A stretch of DNA of 64,000 nucleotides, taken from NCBI GenBank assembly GCA_964187785.1, contig OZ076413.1:23994001-24058000 (forward strand). Reading direction: 5' to 3'. The notes below the pieces were generated by a model. That model had not been told where the DNA came from. It worked only from the letters and a program-made list of their open reading frames with translations, and made no database searches. The translations under genes and the position numbers were made by a program. The DNA is from Amphiscolops sp. MND2022. Its lineage: Eukaryota. This document shows positions 1 through 12,568 of this stretch, piece after piece. Numbering within the stretch: the stretch's first letter is position 1; each line of letters opens with the position of its first letter.

Positions 1-268
1 CTTATAATCCTGTATTTTACATTGACAGCCGGGAACACTATAAATTGAATAACCTCCACAAAAATGAAATTTGCCCTGCTATAAAATAAATTAAAAATAC
101 TTTTAACTGTGAGGCAATGTAAAATACAGGATTATTTGGACATAAATTTTTTTACTGGACCGACATTTCATCATTTTTGAAAACCTTCCTGCTCAAATAA
201 AAATTTTATATGGTTGCAAGTACTTAGGGATTGTCTCTACCACTGTTTTGTCCACAGCAAAAACTAAC

Positions 269-827
269 CCTGATGTTGTCACATGGTTGTTCGAAGTTGC
301 AAAAATTCTCGTCGGCGAACGATGCTGGTTTCGAAAAAGTTAGTAAATCACAAGCAAATTTTGAAACAACTGTTTTTCATTACAGAACCAACGAAAGTAA
401 AATTGCCTGATAATGCCGTGGGCAACCGCAGCTTGTGCAAAATTATCTGAGATACAAAAGTTACCTAATATTTTCCCGAGAAAAAAGCTCCCTGTTTCCT
501 CGAGCACCTTGTTATTGAAAAAGTCTAAGAGTTAGCAAAAACTAGCAAAAAAACGGCAGATAATTGATGAACTTACTTTGTATTCCTGAACTAAAGTGTC
601 AATTTGTTCAACAAAACCGCAAACCTTATCATCGTCACTTATTTTTGACATTTTATCCCTATTGTACGTAATTGATTTAAACTGAAGCCTAAATGCATAC
701 TTTTTTGTGTGGTTGTGTACAAGCCTTTTTTGCAGTGTTGCTTGGTATTTACAAAGATACAGTTTCATAACTGCAGCTTTATGAATGACATCACCACCTG
801 TATGAAGGATACTCGACGATTTTGTGC
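269..827 (-). CDS. Probable internal exons of an unidentified gene (798-827, 577-688, 465-507, 269-324)
   Basis: GT-AG boundaries with compatible phases (2,2,0,1) give an open frame HKIVEYPSYRLQFKSITYNRDKMSKISDDDKVCGFVEQIDTLVQEYKVLEETGSFFLGKILASFADENFCNFEQPCDNIR. CTAAC branch-like motifs precede two acceptors. One donor (AG|GTGGTG) is weak. No family recognised. Confidence 0.45.
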
Positions 828-1863
828 CTGTATTTTTGGTAAGTTTTTCATTATTTACATTAACTTTTTTATGGATGTCTGATACATGAGATACACATGA
901 AGGAAAAATAGCTCACGAAATTTTTACTACCAGTTTTACTACATTCACCAATTATTTCACACGTTTTGCCTAAGTCTAATTCGGACGCCATGTTATTTCA
1001 GATGGGCCGTTCTTCATGTGAGCATGGAGTTGCTGGAAAGAATTGGAATTTGCGTAATTCGAGAATTGTGGGTTTACTGAACCTGCTAACTGCTCCGTTA
1101 CACACTTTGAACAGATCAAGGTGAAACTGTTCCAAATATATTTTCATTGCAAGCATCTCAAAATTCAGTTCCAGAATTTTATAAAACAGTATGAGTGATT
1201 TCGATGAGAAGGAGAAATTTATCCACTTCTACAAGGCCACTTTTGTCGACATATTTTTTTAAATGGCCCAATATATGAATAATTATTATTCAAAAGTATA
1301 TTATTATACAAATAATTATTATATCAAAAATTATTCAAAAGCGTACGATCAAGTACCAGATAGTCTAGAGAAGCAAACCAAGTGAGAATCTAGCTTTCTA
1401 GAATTCAATATGGCTTCCGACAGTGTCTAGTATACAGATTGCGATAAAATTTTAAAAATTCAGAATCTTTAACTTTTCTTCAGTCACATTCACACACTTT
1501 TCAAATTTCGACTGTTTTTATGCTTCTTCAAGTAAAAACGTTTTTTTTCTTTCAACTTATTGGTCACCTTTTACCCCAGAAACATTACTCATCAACACAT
1601 ACGATTCGAATTAACGCCGGTGGTTTCCATATACAAGTTTTCCGGGCCTCTCCAATACGCTGATAAATGTCTGGACCGTTTATGGCACCAATCTAACCAT
1701 GAAAATTTTCTTCTATGATCTTTTTATGATCCAGATGGAAGATAATATGGTCCAGAATATAACCAGTAGTACCAGTAAACATATTTGGCCCCTACAGTGA
1801 TCATCGTGATATCATACATGTATATGGGTGTATATGACCCGCAGTATAGGCTGCTTGAAATCA

Positions 1864-2380
1864 ACAAGACGGGAACGTCCCAAGTGGGCGCCATATCTAA
1901 GGCTCAAAAATATTCAAGGAACAACTATTGGAAACATTAGGAAAAAAATGATTTTTTTTAAAAAAAAAGTATTTTTGGAAAAATTTTTGTTCTCAAAAAA
2001 AGTATTTTTTTAAAAAAGTCACACAATGCCGAAAAACTCAAAAAGAGGCCATTCAGGCTCATTAAACGTTTTTACAAACCGAAAACTTCAAAAAATGCAA
2101 GGGGGTACCCTTTGATAGAATTCGAAAATTTTCGAAAAAAAAGTCGCATAGTGCCGAAAAAACCCAAAGGAGGGACCATTTGGTCTCGCCTCTACTTTTG
2201 GAAGCATTACAAAATGTGTGGTTTACTGCGAGAATCGAACCCACGATCTCCTGCTTCTCAGAAATTTAGTTGAACGAATGAACAAAAGATTGTAAAAAAA
2301 GTATTGTCAGCTGAAAAAGAAAAAACTATCCACTGTAATAGTCGGACTTTTTTCCTTAAGGGAAAAGGCGCCGACTAAAA
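1864..2380 (-). mobile_element. Non-autonomous Helentron-like element (HINE/DINE-1-like), copy 1
   Basis: Left end ACAAGACGGGAACGTCCCAAGTGGGCGCCATATC, right end GTCGGACTTTTTTCCTTAAGGGAAAAGGCGCCGACTAAAA. Asymmetric subterminal inverted repeat, small hairpin at one end, larger hairpin at the other, A-rich flanks. Confidence 0.8.
2221..2258 (-). other. tRNA-derived 3' half (B-box/T-arm) inside HINE copy 1
   Basis: Minus strand reads GAAGCAGGAGATCGTGGGTTCGATTCTCGCAG, with a GGTTCGATTC B-box. No 5' half seen. Confidence 0.5.
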
Positions 2381-2665
2381 ACAGGCTAGAGTATAAATAG
2401 CCTGCGATTATGAATGGCCAAGACTATGATTAGAAAAAAAACTATCAGAATGGAGATAATAATGTTAACAGACAATGATAGCCGAAGTTTTGATGCCGTG
2501 TTTCTATGGAGGCCCTCAACTGGTGGGTTACGGAGTGTAAAAAAAACACTGAATTCCTTAATTAAAAGAGACATCATTTTGTTTCCTTAAAAAAGGCAGT
2601 GTGATTATTAATAAAAACAATAACAAACACTAATAAACAACAAACTAATGCATTAATAATAAAAT

Positions 2666-4345
2666 TTAACTAAAGCGGTAATCTCTCCAGCATTTTTTTC
2701 TATGTTCCGGTTGTTCAATTTCTTTCGCTATTTTGTTTGAGAAGTGAACTTTATATTTGCTTTTAACTGTTTCAGCGGAAAATTTCTTTTTGACCAGACA
2801 AGATGGTAGGCTATTCCACAGGGGTAGAGTCCTTATGAAGAAACTTTTTCTCATGAATTCATTAGAGATTTTTGTATTGCATACCAGTTTCTTCGTTCTA
2901 CTGTGATACTTCATTCTAGCTGTTGGTATTGTATTAGGACCACTGAAGGCTGGTAGTAGGTCATTGTGATATTTCCAGAAGTAAAAACATGATTTATAGT
3001 CAAGAAAAATTCTTATTGGAAGTATATTGTGTTTAATTTTCAAATCACTAGATGAGTCTTGCTTTTGACGATTAAAACAGGCTTTTACACCCCAACTCAA
3101 TTGTTTTTCAAGTGTTGTTAAGAGATTTTGTGAAATGCCTTGAAGCAAAATTGCTGGATAATGAAGATGACTAAGAACTAGAGCATTCAGAAGCAATAGA
3201 CAAACTTTTTCCGGCAAGAATTGTTTCACTGCATAAATCGTTTTGATACCACAGCCCATTTTCTTCAAGACATGCTTTACTTCATTTTCGTAAGTTAGAT
3301 TTTGGTCTAAGTGAACTCCAAGATACTTTACAAAAGAACTAAGACTTGTGGAGTGATTTTTCACTTGTAATTTGAGATTTTTTGTTAATTTATTCTGAGA
3401 ATTTTTGCAAAAGACAATGAATTCGGTTTTATCTTCATTGAGATTAAGTCTATGACTTTCGAAATATTCAACTACTTTGGCAATATTATTTTCAAGTCGT
3501 TGTTTAGCAGTATTGACACATTTGTCGGCAACAAAAAGAAAAATATCGTCTGCATATTGGACTATTTTACATGTTTCGTCAATTATTTTCTGCATACTGT
3601 TAACGTAGAGGTTGAATAATAGAGGTCCAAGAACGGTACCCTGTGGAACACCTTGATATAGGCTAATCCAATCTGATGATGTATTTTGAAGAATTACTTT
3701 TTGAGTTCGGTTGGTCAAATAGCATTTAATTAGGGCAATTGCAGTAGAATCGAAATGATATCCTTCAAGTTTTTTAAAAGAATTTCATGGGAGATTGAGT
3801 CAAAAGCTTTTGATAGATCGAGGAAGGCTGCCGCTACCATTTTATTGTTGTTAATATCTGATCTGATATTTTCATTGGCATACAAAAGGGCATCAGTTGT
3901 TGAGAATTTTGCACGAAATCCAAACTGGATAGGACTTAAATAGTTATGTTTATTAAGATATTCAACCATTTGATTACGAATTACCTTTTCAAAAATTTTT
4001 GAAATTGCCGATGTGATTGAGATTGGTCTATAATTGTTTGGTTCTTCGGTGTCACCATTTTTGTATATTGGTACAACATGTGCTCTCTTGAGATGATTCG
4101 GAAACCTTCCTTCTTCTAAAAATGCATTTATTAAGTAGGTAAGAGGTTCAGCTATAATGTTGAGACAATCTTTGAGCGCCCAAGCAGGAATATTTGATGG
4201 TCCGAGCGGTTTGTTTGATTTTAATTGTCTCACTATTTGCTTACACTCAAAAAGTGTAATGGGATTAAACTTGAATGTCGTTTTATTCCTGATTGCACCA
4301 TCAATAAGTTCCTCACTAAATGTTCTTATTCCACCTAAGTAAAAT
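2666..4345 (-). mobile_element. 5'-truncated LINE (CR1/L2/Crack-like) reverse transcriptase, one frameshift
   Basis: ORFs 3730-4233 (NYRPISIT, QFGFR, FLDLSKAFDSISH) and 2666-3718 (GVPQGTVLGPLLF, YADD, YLGVHLD). They join if one base is added to the T6 run at 3770-3775. Confidence 0.92.
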
Positions 4346-5299
4346 TAGGTGACACAATATTGATGACACAAGACCCGCATTAAGAACATGCCTGCTTTGG
4401 AGTTACAAAAAATTTGAGAAAGGACAAAAACTTCGCTACATTGCAAAATCGTTCGGCAATCGGGTTTTCTACAATAAACGAAGAAACTTACAGCAACATT
4501 GATGAAATTTGGAATTCATTACCATTCAAGAATCTGAATGCGATGGTAAGTTGGCATCACGAGAAATTTAATGGAAGAGGTTTTTTTACCACATCAAGAC
4601 AAAGACTCATTCTGCCGAAAAACAATGCCAGTTGCCAGTTAAAAAACACCTCCAAACTTGTGTCATAGTCAGACTAGACTACTCAATTAGCGATGAACTC
4701 AGTTAACCGTGCCGGAGAAAAATGTCTACGACGAACTAAATTTATACAAAGTTGATCAATAAAAATGTGATCTACGTCTTGTCTACGTCGAATGAATTCC
4801 AGTTTTTCTATTATTAATTCCAATTTTACCGAGGTAGATTTAGAATACTTCAAAACTCTTGACCGTTTTTATCGCTCGTGACACTTTCCAATTACTCTTT
4901 CCATCCTCGAAATTCTTTCATTTCTTTTGCTTTCCCTTCGGGCAACCTGAATATTTTTGCCTGAACAGCAATCTAAAGCCAAATTGTATAAATGAACGAA
5001 GTTTGAGTAGTTTTTTGTACGAAACTCATTGTTCAGATGAAAGCTTGTTTCATGAAAATTGTTAGACCATCACTGAACTGCAAAATGGTGAAATATTCAA
5101 TATGTACTTTTGCAGCATCAAACAAATATCCGCTCTATTTTCTTCCCAAATTACAGTTCACTGACAAAAGTTATCGGGTGACCTCTCCATGGCATGCTAA
5201 TGCAAGCAACATTTCTAATCTGTTTATGTCACAGAGCGATAAGTGACAAGCAGGGAAGCAATTTAGTACACTGATCAAGTACAAAGACTTTTAAAGTTG

Positions 5300-5770
5300 T
5301 TTTTAGTCGGCACATTTCATAACTTTAATGTTTTGTAATTTATTGGAGTTTAGTGCACTTTATGCCATTTTATCAGGAAACAGTATTATAAAAATTCACA
5401 TTGATACGAAATTTAGACATTCGGTAGGTTCGAACTTCAACCTCTTTCTGGCAAGAGGTAGTGAAACTCGGCTATTACGTCCAAAGATTAGATATTGCGT
5501 CAATGAAACGGGAGAATTTCTCAAACATGCATCTCTTCATATAAAAAGTCATTACCTCAATAAAAAACAAATAACCGAAAGTGAGATTCTCTGTTGAAAA
5601 AATTCAATAAAAAAGTGCACAATTCCAAAAACTAAGCTCGAAAAACGCTTATTCTCAATAGTTGAAGAGAGGGACCGTTCAGCGAAATGAATGTTTCAAA
5701 CTAACGTTGAACAGTACAGAAAACCCTAAAAGGAGGACCCTTCAGACGCAAAAAAAACGCATCTCTTAGA
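5300..5770. mobile_element. Degenerate HINE-like fragments
   Basis: TTTTTAGTCGGCAC at 5300 matches the terminus seen at 45622-45635 in reverse. GAGGGACC/GGAGGACCC core-like motifs at 5665-5745. Confidence 0.35.
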
Positions 5771-6336
5771 CTGAAAATATTTTGAAAATTAAGTTGCGTC
5801 TCTTACATAGAAAGCAAAAAAGTTTCTGAAATAATTGCACTGTAGCCATGGGAGTTCGATGCAACGAACTCAAGCAATTGAGCCAAATGACCATCCATGA
5901 CGGCTGCCACTAGTTTCAAGTAAAAATCGTTGGAAAAAGACTTGCATTCACTTTAGTTTCAAAGTTTTACGTAAGTGTTGGTAGTCGTGTCGAATATCTC
6001 GATTCGCATCGGTTGAAACGTTTATTAAACTTTGACAACAAACTACACTTCGTCCATGTTTTTGCAAAAGTGTCGTTGATTCGATTTGGTGAAATCAGCC
6101 TTGTGGACATCGAACCTCGTAAGAAACTATGAAATCCTAGCAGCCAAAGCTAGATTTGAGGAGGACTCTGCTTCCTTGCTTTCGGTGTGAAAAAGATGTG
6201 AACGATAATAGAATTTGACTTTGTTCAGACTTTATCTGATTTGAATCAGCAGCTGTATGTCATGAGCGGCAGCATGTAGCACCGTGAACCAAATTGAGAG
6301 ACCTTTTTTGTGACTAAACCAAATAACTAACTTTCA

Positions 6337-6418
6337 GCTTTTTAAATAATCAGCTTTTGGTTTTCACCTCTTCGGTTGCTTTTTAAATAATCAGCTTTTG
6401 GTTTTCACCTCTTCGGTT
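6337..6418. repeat. Perfect 41-bp tandem duplication
   Basis: GCTTTTTAAATAATCAGCTTTTGGTTTTCACCTCTTCGGTT twice. Confidence 0.9.
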
Positions 6419-6680
6419 GCGATGCAACGTTTTCAAATTGGCTGTCGCGAACGATATGTCTAACTTGATGTCAGACAAGGGTGTCGGGTCACAAGTCCGA
6501 AAGAATAAAATTGAATTTTTATCGTCCAATAAGATTTCAGAAACCCAGCATAAGAAATGCTTAGCACTGTATAATTCGCTGCAATCTGATTGGCTGACGC
6601 GGGCGGACCGGAATGAAGTCCGTTCAAAGATTTTAAAAATGAATTTTTCAATTTCTCCTAGTCAGCTATGTTCACAGACT

Positions 6681-6876
6681 CCTAGTGCCCTCAATGCAGG
6701 AGCGAAGCGAAGCGGAGCGACGTGCCATATGGCCATGCCTCAATGTTGCTACTTGGCGAAGGGAGCGAAGGGAGCGAAGCGACCGAGCCATACAACAAAT
6801 ATGAAGCATTTTTTCGGACTTGTGCAACCCAAATTCATTTTCGGACTAGTGCAACCCAAATTTATTTTCGGACTTG
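6681..6876. repeat. GAGCGAAG-rich repeat plus 27-bp tandem (about 2.5 units), probably a non-autonomous TE fragment
   Basis: GAGCGAAGCGAAGCGGAGCGA and GCGAAGGGAGCGAAGGGAGCGAAGCGA. TTTTCGGACT(T/A)GTGCAACCCAAATT units start at 6811, 6838 and 6865. Confidence 0.5.
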
Positions 6877-7941
6877 CGAATAGCCGCCCAGACAAGTGCT
6901 TATTGCGACAAACACTTGTTGCGACTGCTGCTAGCTGACTGTTGAATTTGGGAACATCGGCGAAAAGTTACTTAATGAGGATGAGAATAGATCAGGTAAC
7001 GCTGAGATGGTTCAATTACGATATTTAAATATTGGTACTTTGTTCACTTACGACAAAACGAATCAAATAAACGAACAAATATTTCAGTATCTGGCTGAGT
7101 CTTGTGTAATTTTCATCGACTCTGGTCACATCTTCTCGATGACGCCTTGATAATCGTTGATTTATAGTTTATTTTTTATCAGAAGCTCTATCAGTCATAT
7201 CATTGCAAGGATTGAGAGGGTACAATTCCAAGTCGTTTAGACCAAGTCTGATTACTCAGTTACCAAAAAATAAATTGAAATAAAAGTAGGATATCTGAGG
7301 GAAGCAAGGATTAATGAAGACTGAGACTGTAAAGCACTTCTTTGCTGCAAAGAGTTTATTGCGTAGTTGCTAGCTGGCTTTTGCATGTTCTTCGAAACAT
7401 ATTCGCCAGGCTGTCCCTGATCGGTACATCAGACTATTGAATCCTCTTGTCCTCAACACACAGTGGAATGAGCTGATGAAATGACTCGATGTGTATTCTG
7501 CAAAAGTTGTAGGAAAATGTGTCCGACTATTACATTGACTATTTTTTTCTCCAGACCACAGAGCTTACAGCGAAAATGCCACTTCCAGAGACTTTACGCC
7601 TAAGGTTTAATGTGCTCCCAAAGAGGTCAAAAGGTACTTCCTCAAGGTGTATTTTTTAGATTTACCGAGTGCGAAGAGTTACTTTTGGTTTTTTGGCTGT
7701 CTTTTGTTTACGAAAGTTTCCTGAAACACTTTTAGAGCCTCAAACTTTAGTTGTTCTTGTCATGTCACTTTTTGTGATGGCTAGAATGAGTGCGGTTCTT
7801 GTCACCTAACGAACGAGCAACAGCAGCAACCGTCGCAAGGCAACGAGTGAGAGATAGATGGGGTGAGAGGAAGTGGGAATTAAATAAATCAAAATGCAAG
7901 CAAAACAAAATTGACAGTGATGACAAAAATGAGTCTAAGAG

Positions 7942-9012
7942 TATAGATCGTTTCAAAAAGTTCGCGAGACTAGGTACCAGTCCTTTAGCAAGCGATGCTA
8001 TCACATCAATTTGTGCAACGACGCGAGGCAAACGCGCATCTGACGCCCTTTCAAAATTGATATACCATTTTAAAGATGCAAACCCGGATTATGCAAACTC
8101 AGCAATTGCTCTGATTTTCTCGATTTCCGAGTCAACACTTAGAGGAATCCTGAAGCGAGGTATTAAGTCTGACAGAGAAAAAAATAAAATTGGGTCGAAA
8201 ATCTGTACTCGCAAAACGAATCAAGCGTCAGATGGGCATCGATGAGGTTTTTCTAATGATGATGCCATCGATGGGTCATCGATGGACCATCGATGACCCA
8301 TCGATGGGAATCGAAATTTTCGGTCAAAAAAATTCATTCGACTTGGCCATGATCAAAATTTCAACAAAAGTCTCGCCATTAAAATTTTTCAGTCTATTTA
8401 AGCTTTGTTTGGGATTTTGGCATGAAGTTATACATAGTAATCCATATTCATTATCTTTGTGAAAAACCGGATTCTGTTGATTTTCCAAGGAAAAAACACC
8501 AAATTTTTTGATACAAAAACGTACTTTGAGAGTCAAATTTCTGCATATTCCAGATCTTTTTTCTTCTTACAAGCAGATGGTTTTCTCAGCAATGGAAGCT
8601 CGATTATGTCGCATTTTCATGCGAATAATTGCAATTTTGCCAGGTTTTTCAATTTTTTTCAAACAATTCAAGGACGAGGCTCCGAAATAAGCAATTTTCA
8701 GGCTCGAGAAAGCTTACTCAGACTCAAAAGGAAATGAGAGTAGGTTAAAATTAGATATATTTAACCCTAAAATGCTCCACAAGTGCCCCCATGCACTGGG
8801 CGATAATTCAAATCCCATCGATGCCCATCGGAAAAAATTGCGATGGCCATCGATGGGATTGAATGGAGTCTCAGTACGGGTACAAACTCAATATGCTGAA
8901 TCTTTAGTTTTTTAAATCTATAGTCCAACAGATAAGATTATTCAGACCAATGGATGACGTCATTAACAAATTAATTAGTTCTAGTCTCGCGAACTTTTTG
9001 AAACGATCTATA
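7942..9012 (+). mobile_element. Tc1/mariner-like internally deleted DNA transposon
   Basis: Perfect 32-bp inverted repeat (7942-7973 and 8981-9012) whose outer TA fits a TA target duplication. Inside is an HTH-like peptide RGKRASDALSKLIYHFKDANPDYANSAIALIFSISESTLRGILKRG (about 8024-8161). No DDE core. Confidence 0.7.
8200..8884. repeat. CATCGATG-palindrome-rich element nested in the TIR element
   Basis: About seven CATCGATG copies in two clusters (8237-8308, 8815-8858) flank an AT-rich core. The HTH frame loses transposase-like character where this element begins. Confidence 0.5.
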
Positions 9013-9064
9013 GTTTAGGTTGAAACTGGCTATATTTTGTGCTTCAATAATAGAAGTAGCTCAA

Positions 9065-10098
9065 ATTCAAAGGAAATCATTTTTTCACTGAAGCAACTCA
9101 ACTTGACCTTGAATGGCGCTGAAAAAAAACGCGAGACGCAAGCGCGCTTGAACGAAATGTATGAGTAATCATGAGCGATACTTAAATTGTTTTAGCCTTT
9201 TCGATAAAAATACTATTCTGAGAAGGTCCAAAATTTCAAAACGTATAGTAAATTACTGGGGGTAGATTGTGCTCTCAAGGAGTCTCACTAGAAACTTCTT
9301 AACTTTCTTTCACGTTTTCTCTGTTTTCGGTTTTTAAAGCTCGCATTAGTAATCATTTAACTTGAGCAAAAAACCTTTAAACTTTTATTTCGGGAGAAAA
9401 CGCTCTTAGAGGATGTTTTCAACCCCTCTAAATTGGAGTTTCTGGCGAGTTGGTGGGTTCATTACTCGGACCCGGAAGTGGGAGGTCGTGGTTGCCCAAC
9501 TCAATGCTATTGACTTGAAGAAGACCTTCATTGAAAAGACTTACATTCTCGTCCACATCCAGTACAGCTGCTTTCCTCATCTGATTCCTTGTTGTCATCT
9601 TTGATAAAATTGTCTCGGATAATTGATTTAACTTTCGTGTTTTAACAGTTCTGAAAATAGAAACAAAATTGAATGAATGCTCAGATCAGAGTTAGCGTAT
9701 ATATACACTCTTAGCATCATTTGTTTATACCGGTGTTTTCTCAAAAACTGCTGATCAGTGACTTCCATTTCTACTGATACAAAATTCAGATCATTCAATT
9801 TGCCGCGTCGGTATTTCGATGTTTCTCAGTCGAAAAAATTTGTTGGTCATCATTATTCATCAGTCTTTCCAGTTATCCAAACCTTTCAACAGAGCAACAT
9901 CCCTAAAAGGAGACGATTTCCTGTTAGTATTCTTAAAAACGGAAAAGGAAATAATTTTTTTACTGAAGCAACCCAACTTGATCTTGGATGGCGCTGAAAA
10001 AAACGCGAGACGCAAGCGCGCTCGAACGAAATGTATGAGTAATCATAAGCGACACTTGAAATAGTTTTTTTAAACCCTTTCCGATAAAAGTACTATTA
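9065..10098 (+). repeat. Dispersed direct repeat of about 150 bp (9065-9217 and 9940-10098)
   Basis: Both copies share ACTGAAGCAAC(T/C)CAACTTGA...GGCGCTGAAAAAAACGCGAGACGCAAGCGCGCT(T/C)GAACGAAATGTATGAGTAATCAT. Confidence 0.8.
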
Positions 10099-12568
10099 TC
10101 AATGTTGCTAGGAGATCTGTGTAGCGTAGATGACCATCTCATACACAATCAATATTGGCACCTTTTGGGGTGATCCTTGTATTAGAACATCTAACATTTT
10201 AAACGAGAATAACAAATGATAACCTAAGAGGAACACGGATTTTATGCAATGTTAGTGGTACAAACTCATGGGAAGGGATAATTAATAAAAAATGATTCTG
10301 TGAAAATGTATTAAGTGTTAAGTATCAGGCTGTGACGTTCTTTTTTGGTATTTTTTTTCGAAAATTACACCATTAGGGACACCGTCAAGATTTTCTCATC
10401 CATTCTTCAATTAAACTTATAGGAATCTCTATCGAATTGTTTGTATTTGTTAGACCATTGTTTGTTTCGACTCCCTTTGTTATTTGACACAGCGCTCACG
10501 TAAAATAATTTTAATCTCATATATAGCATGACACAGTCATGAAGTGAACATGATCTTGAGTACATAGGCAATATTAGTAACGTAGATTTAACGCGAAAGT
10601 GGTTCATTAAGGAAAGGCATAACAATGACGTACTGTGGATGTAGAATCTATGTTGTCCTTCAGTTTGATTGGTTAGTGTTTGCGACTCAGTCCGGCGTAC
10701 CTATGTCATTTGATATTCAACAAAATTTTCATGTGCAGTCGTTAATTTGTGTTTACTTGATGTGATATACTTTTTATATAGCTTCGGAAAAATCCACAAT
10801 ACCAGGGCTGTTTTAACCAATGATGACGATGAGGGCTCTACCCACTTCATTGATTGTACCGGGAAAAAATCAAAGTGGAACTAGGTGAATCACTTGGGTT
10901 TTGACCTAGCTTCGCGAAAAGTTCCCAAGATGATTCTGAATCCGATTTTTTGGAATTGTTTTTTTTTGCAGCTGACGATGTTGCCGAGATGTTCAAACAG
11001 GAGAAAGTTCCCGGGCAGCCTTTTATGAGTGGCGAAACAACAGCATTGTTCAATGCCGAAACAAATCATCGTTGTAGAAGGCGAGAAGACAACAAGGATG
11101 TCTAACAGAATGGATCAGGCAAACAAAGCAGGCTTGTCACAGAGCATGGAGAGTGTATCACAGGGAACAGAACATAAGGAACAAAATTGAGTTGAAATTC
11201 CTAATTATTGCAACGTTTTTAGTCGTTAAACGAGATTCGGTTCTTATGCTGAGCAAAGAGCAACTCGAAGACTGCAGTGAATTCGTTGAATGCATCCGAT
11301 TTTTGTTTACACCATTTTTATTACTTCGAATTTTTACTAAGTGACTGTGACAGAGCGCAAGCCGTCACTTACATGACCTCACTAAAGTTGAGTCAAAATG
11401 GCAGGTTGTTACTAACACAATCGTAGAAAAAAAGTTAAAAGAACGAATCAATTACCATATGATCTTATTCTGAAATACAGTTGCATCAATCGATATATTG
11501 TTTTCAGTCAAAGTTCAGCAAAGTCCTCAGCTATAAAATGGAGTTGCGAGATTCAGCGAACGATGGCGAAGTGGCGAAGTCAGGAAATGCCTCAGCTGTG
11601 TCGGGATTGCCAGCATACTGGGATTCGGCGGATACAGCACCTAGAACAGATTGGTGGGAGGATTGGTGCGACCTATACACAGTTGCAGTAAACGCAAAAT
11701 ACTCGAAGTCAGTAAACGAGCTTTTGAGAACAGCTACAGAACGAGCAGATACATTACCCTAATAAATAATCTCAACGAACAAGCGGCAGAAAAGAGAGTA
11801 ATCAGTGTCTTTTTCCAATCGCTGGGAACAGCCGGCAGAAAAAGTATACCGAGCAAACTTCCTGAGATGAGAATGGCGACCGTGGCATTACACGAACTCC
11901 GAACATATTTTGAGGTAGCATTCAGCAAACCGAGAAATAGAACTCTGGAAAAATTTAAATTCTTTTCAAGAAAGCAGGAAGAAAAGGCGATGCTGAGACT
12001 GTTCCGGCACACGTTAACAGGACTAGCCGCAAAATGCGAGATTAGCTAACAGACGGAGAGCCTAGTGATGGACACTTTCATACAGAATATGAACAACAAA
12101 GTCGTGCAGGCACGACTGTGCACAGAACCAAAAACGGACCCATGAGTTGCTTTCCAATCTGTCGTGGCATATGAAGAAGAGTTCAACCAACATAAGACAT
12201 ACGAAGAGAGAAATATCTAAAAGAAAAAAAAACAAGAACCAGTCTTCGTGGTGAACGAGAGAAAAAATCCGTGCACAGGATGTGGCCTGGAAGATACAAA
12301 TGGTCTAACAGAAGAATGCAAGGCAAAGCACAAAAGATGTAGAAACTGTGCGCTAATTGGCCATTTCGCACGGATATGCAAGAAGCCAAAATGTGGTATC
12401 TTCAGAGGCCGTTGCAGGAACAACAAGCATGCCGCATTGAGACGAGTTAACATCCTTGGCCGAGATGACGACCAAACAGATGGAAGTAGCGAGACGCAAG
12501 AGGACAAAGTGGTGCTTCATATAGAAAGGAAACAAGGCATCCACTGTTCGAAATGAAAAGGAAAGATT

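Noticed and set aside
6417-6938. 173-aa ORF
   Set aside because: TTG start, and the C-terminal half is translated DNA repeats.
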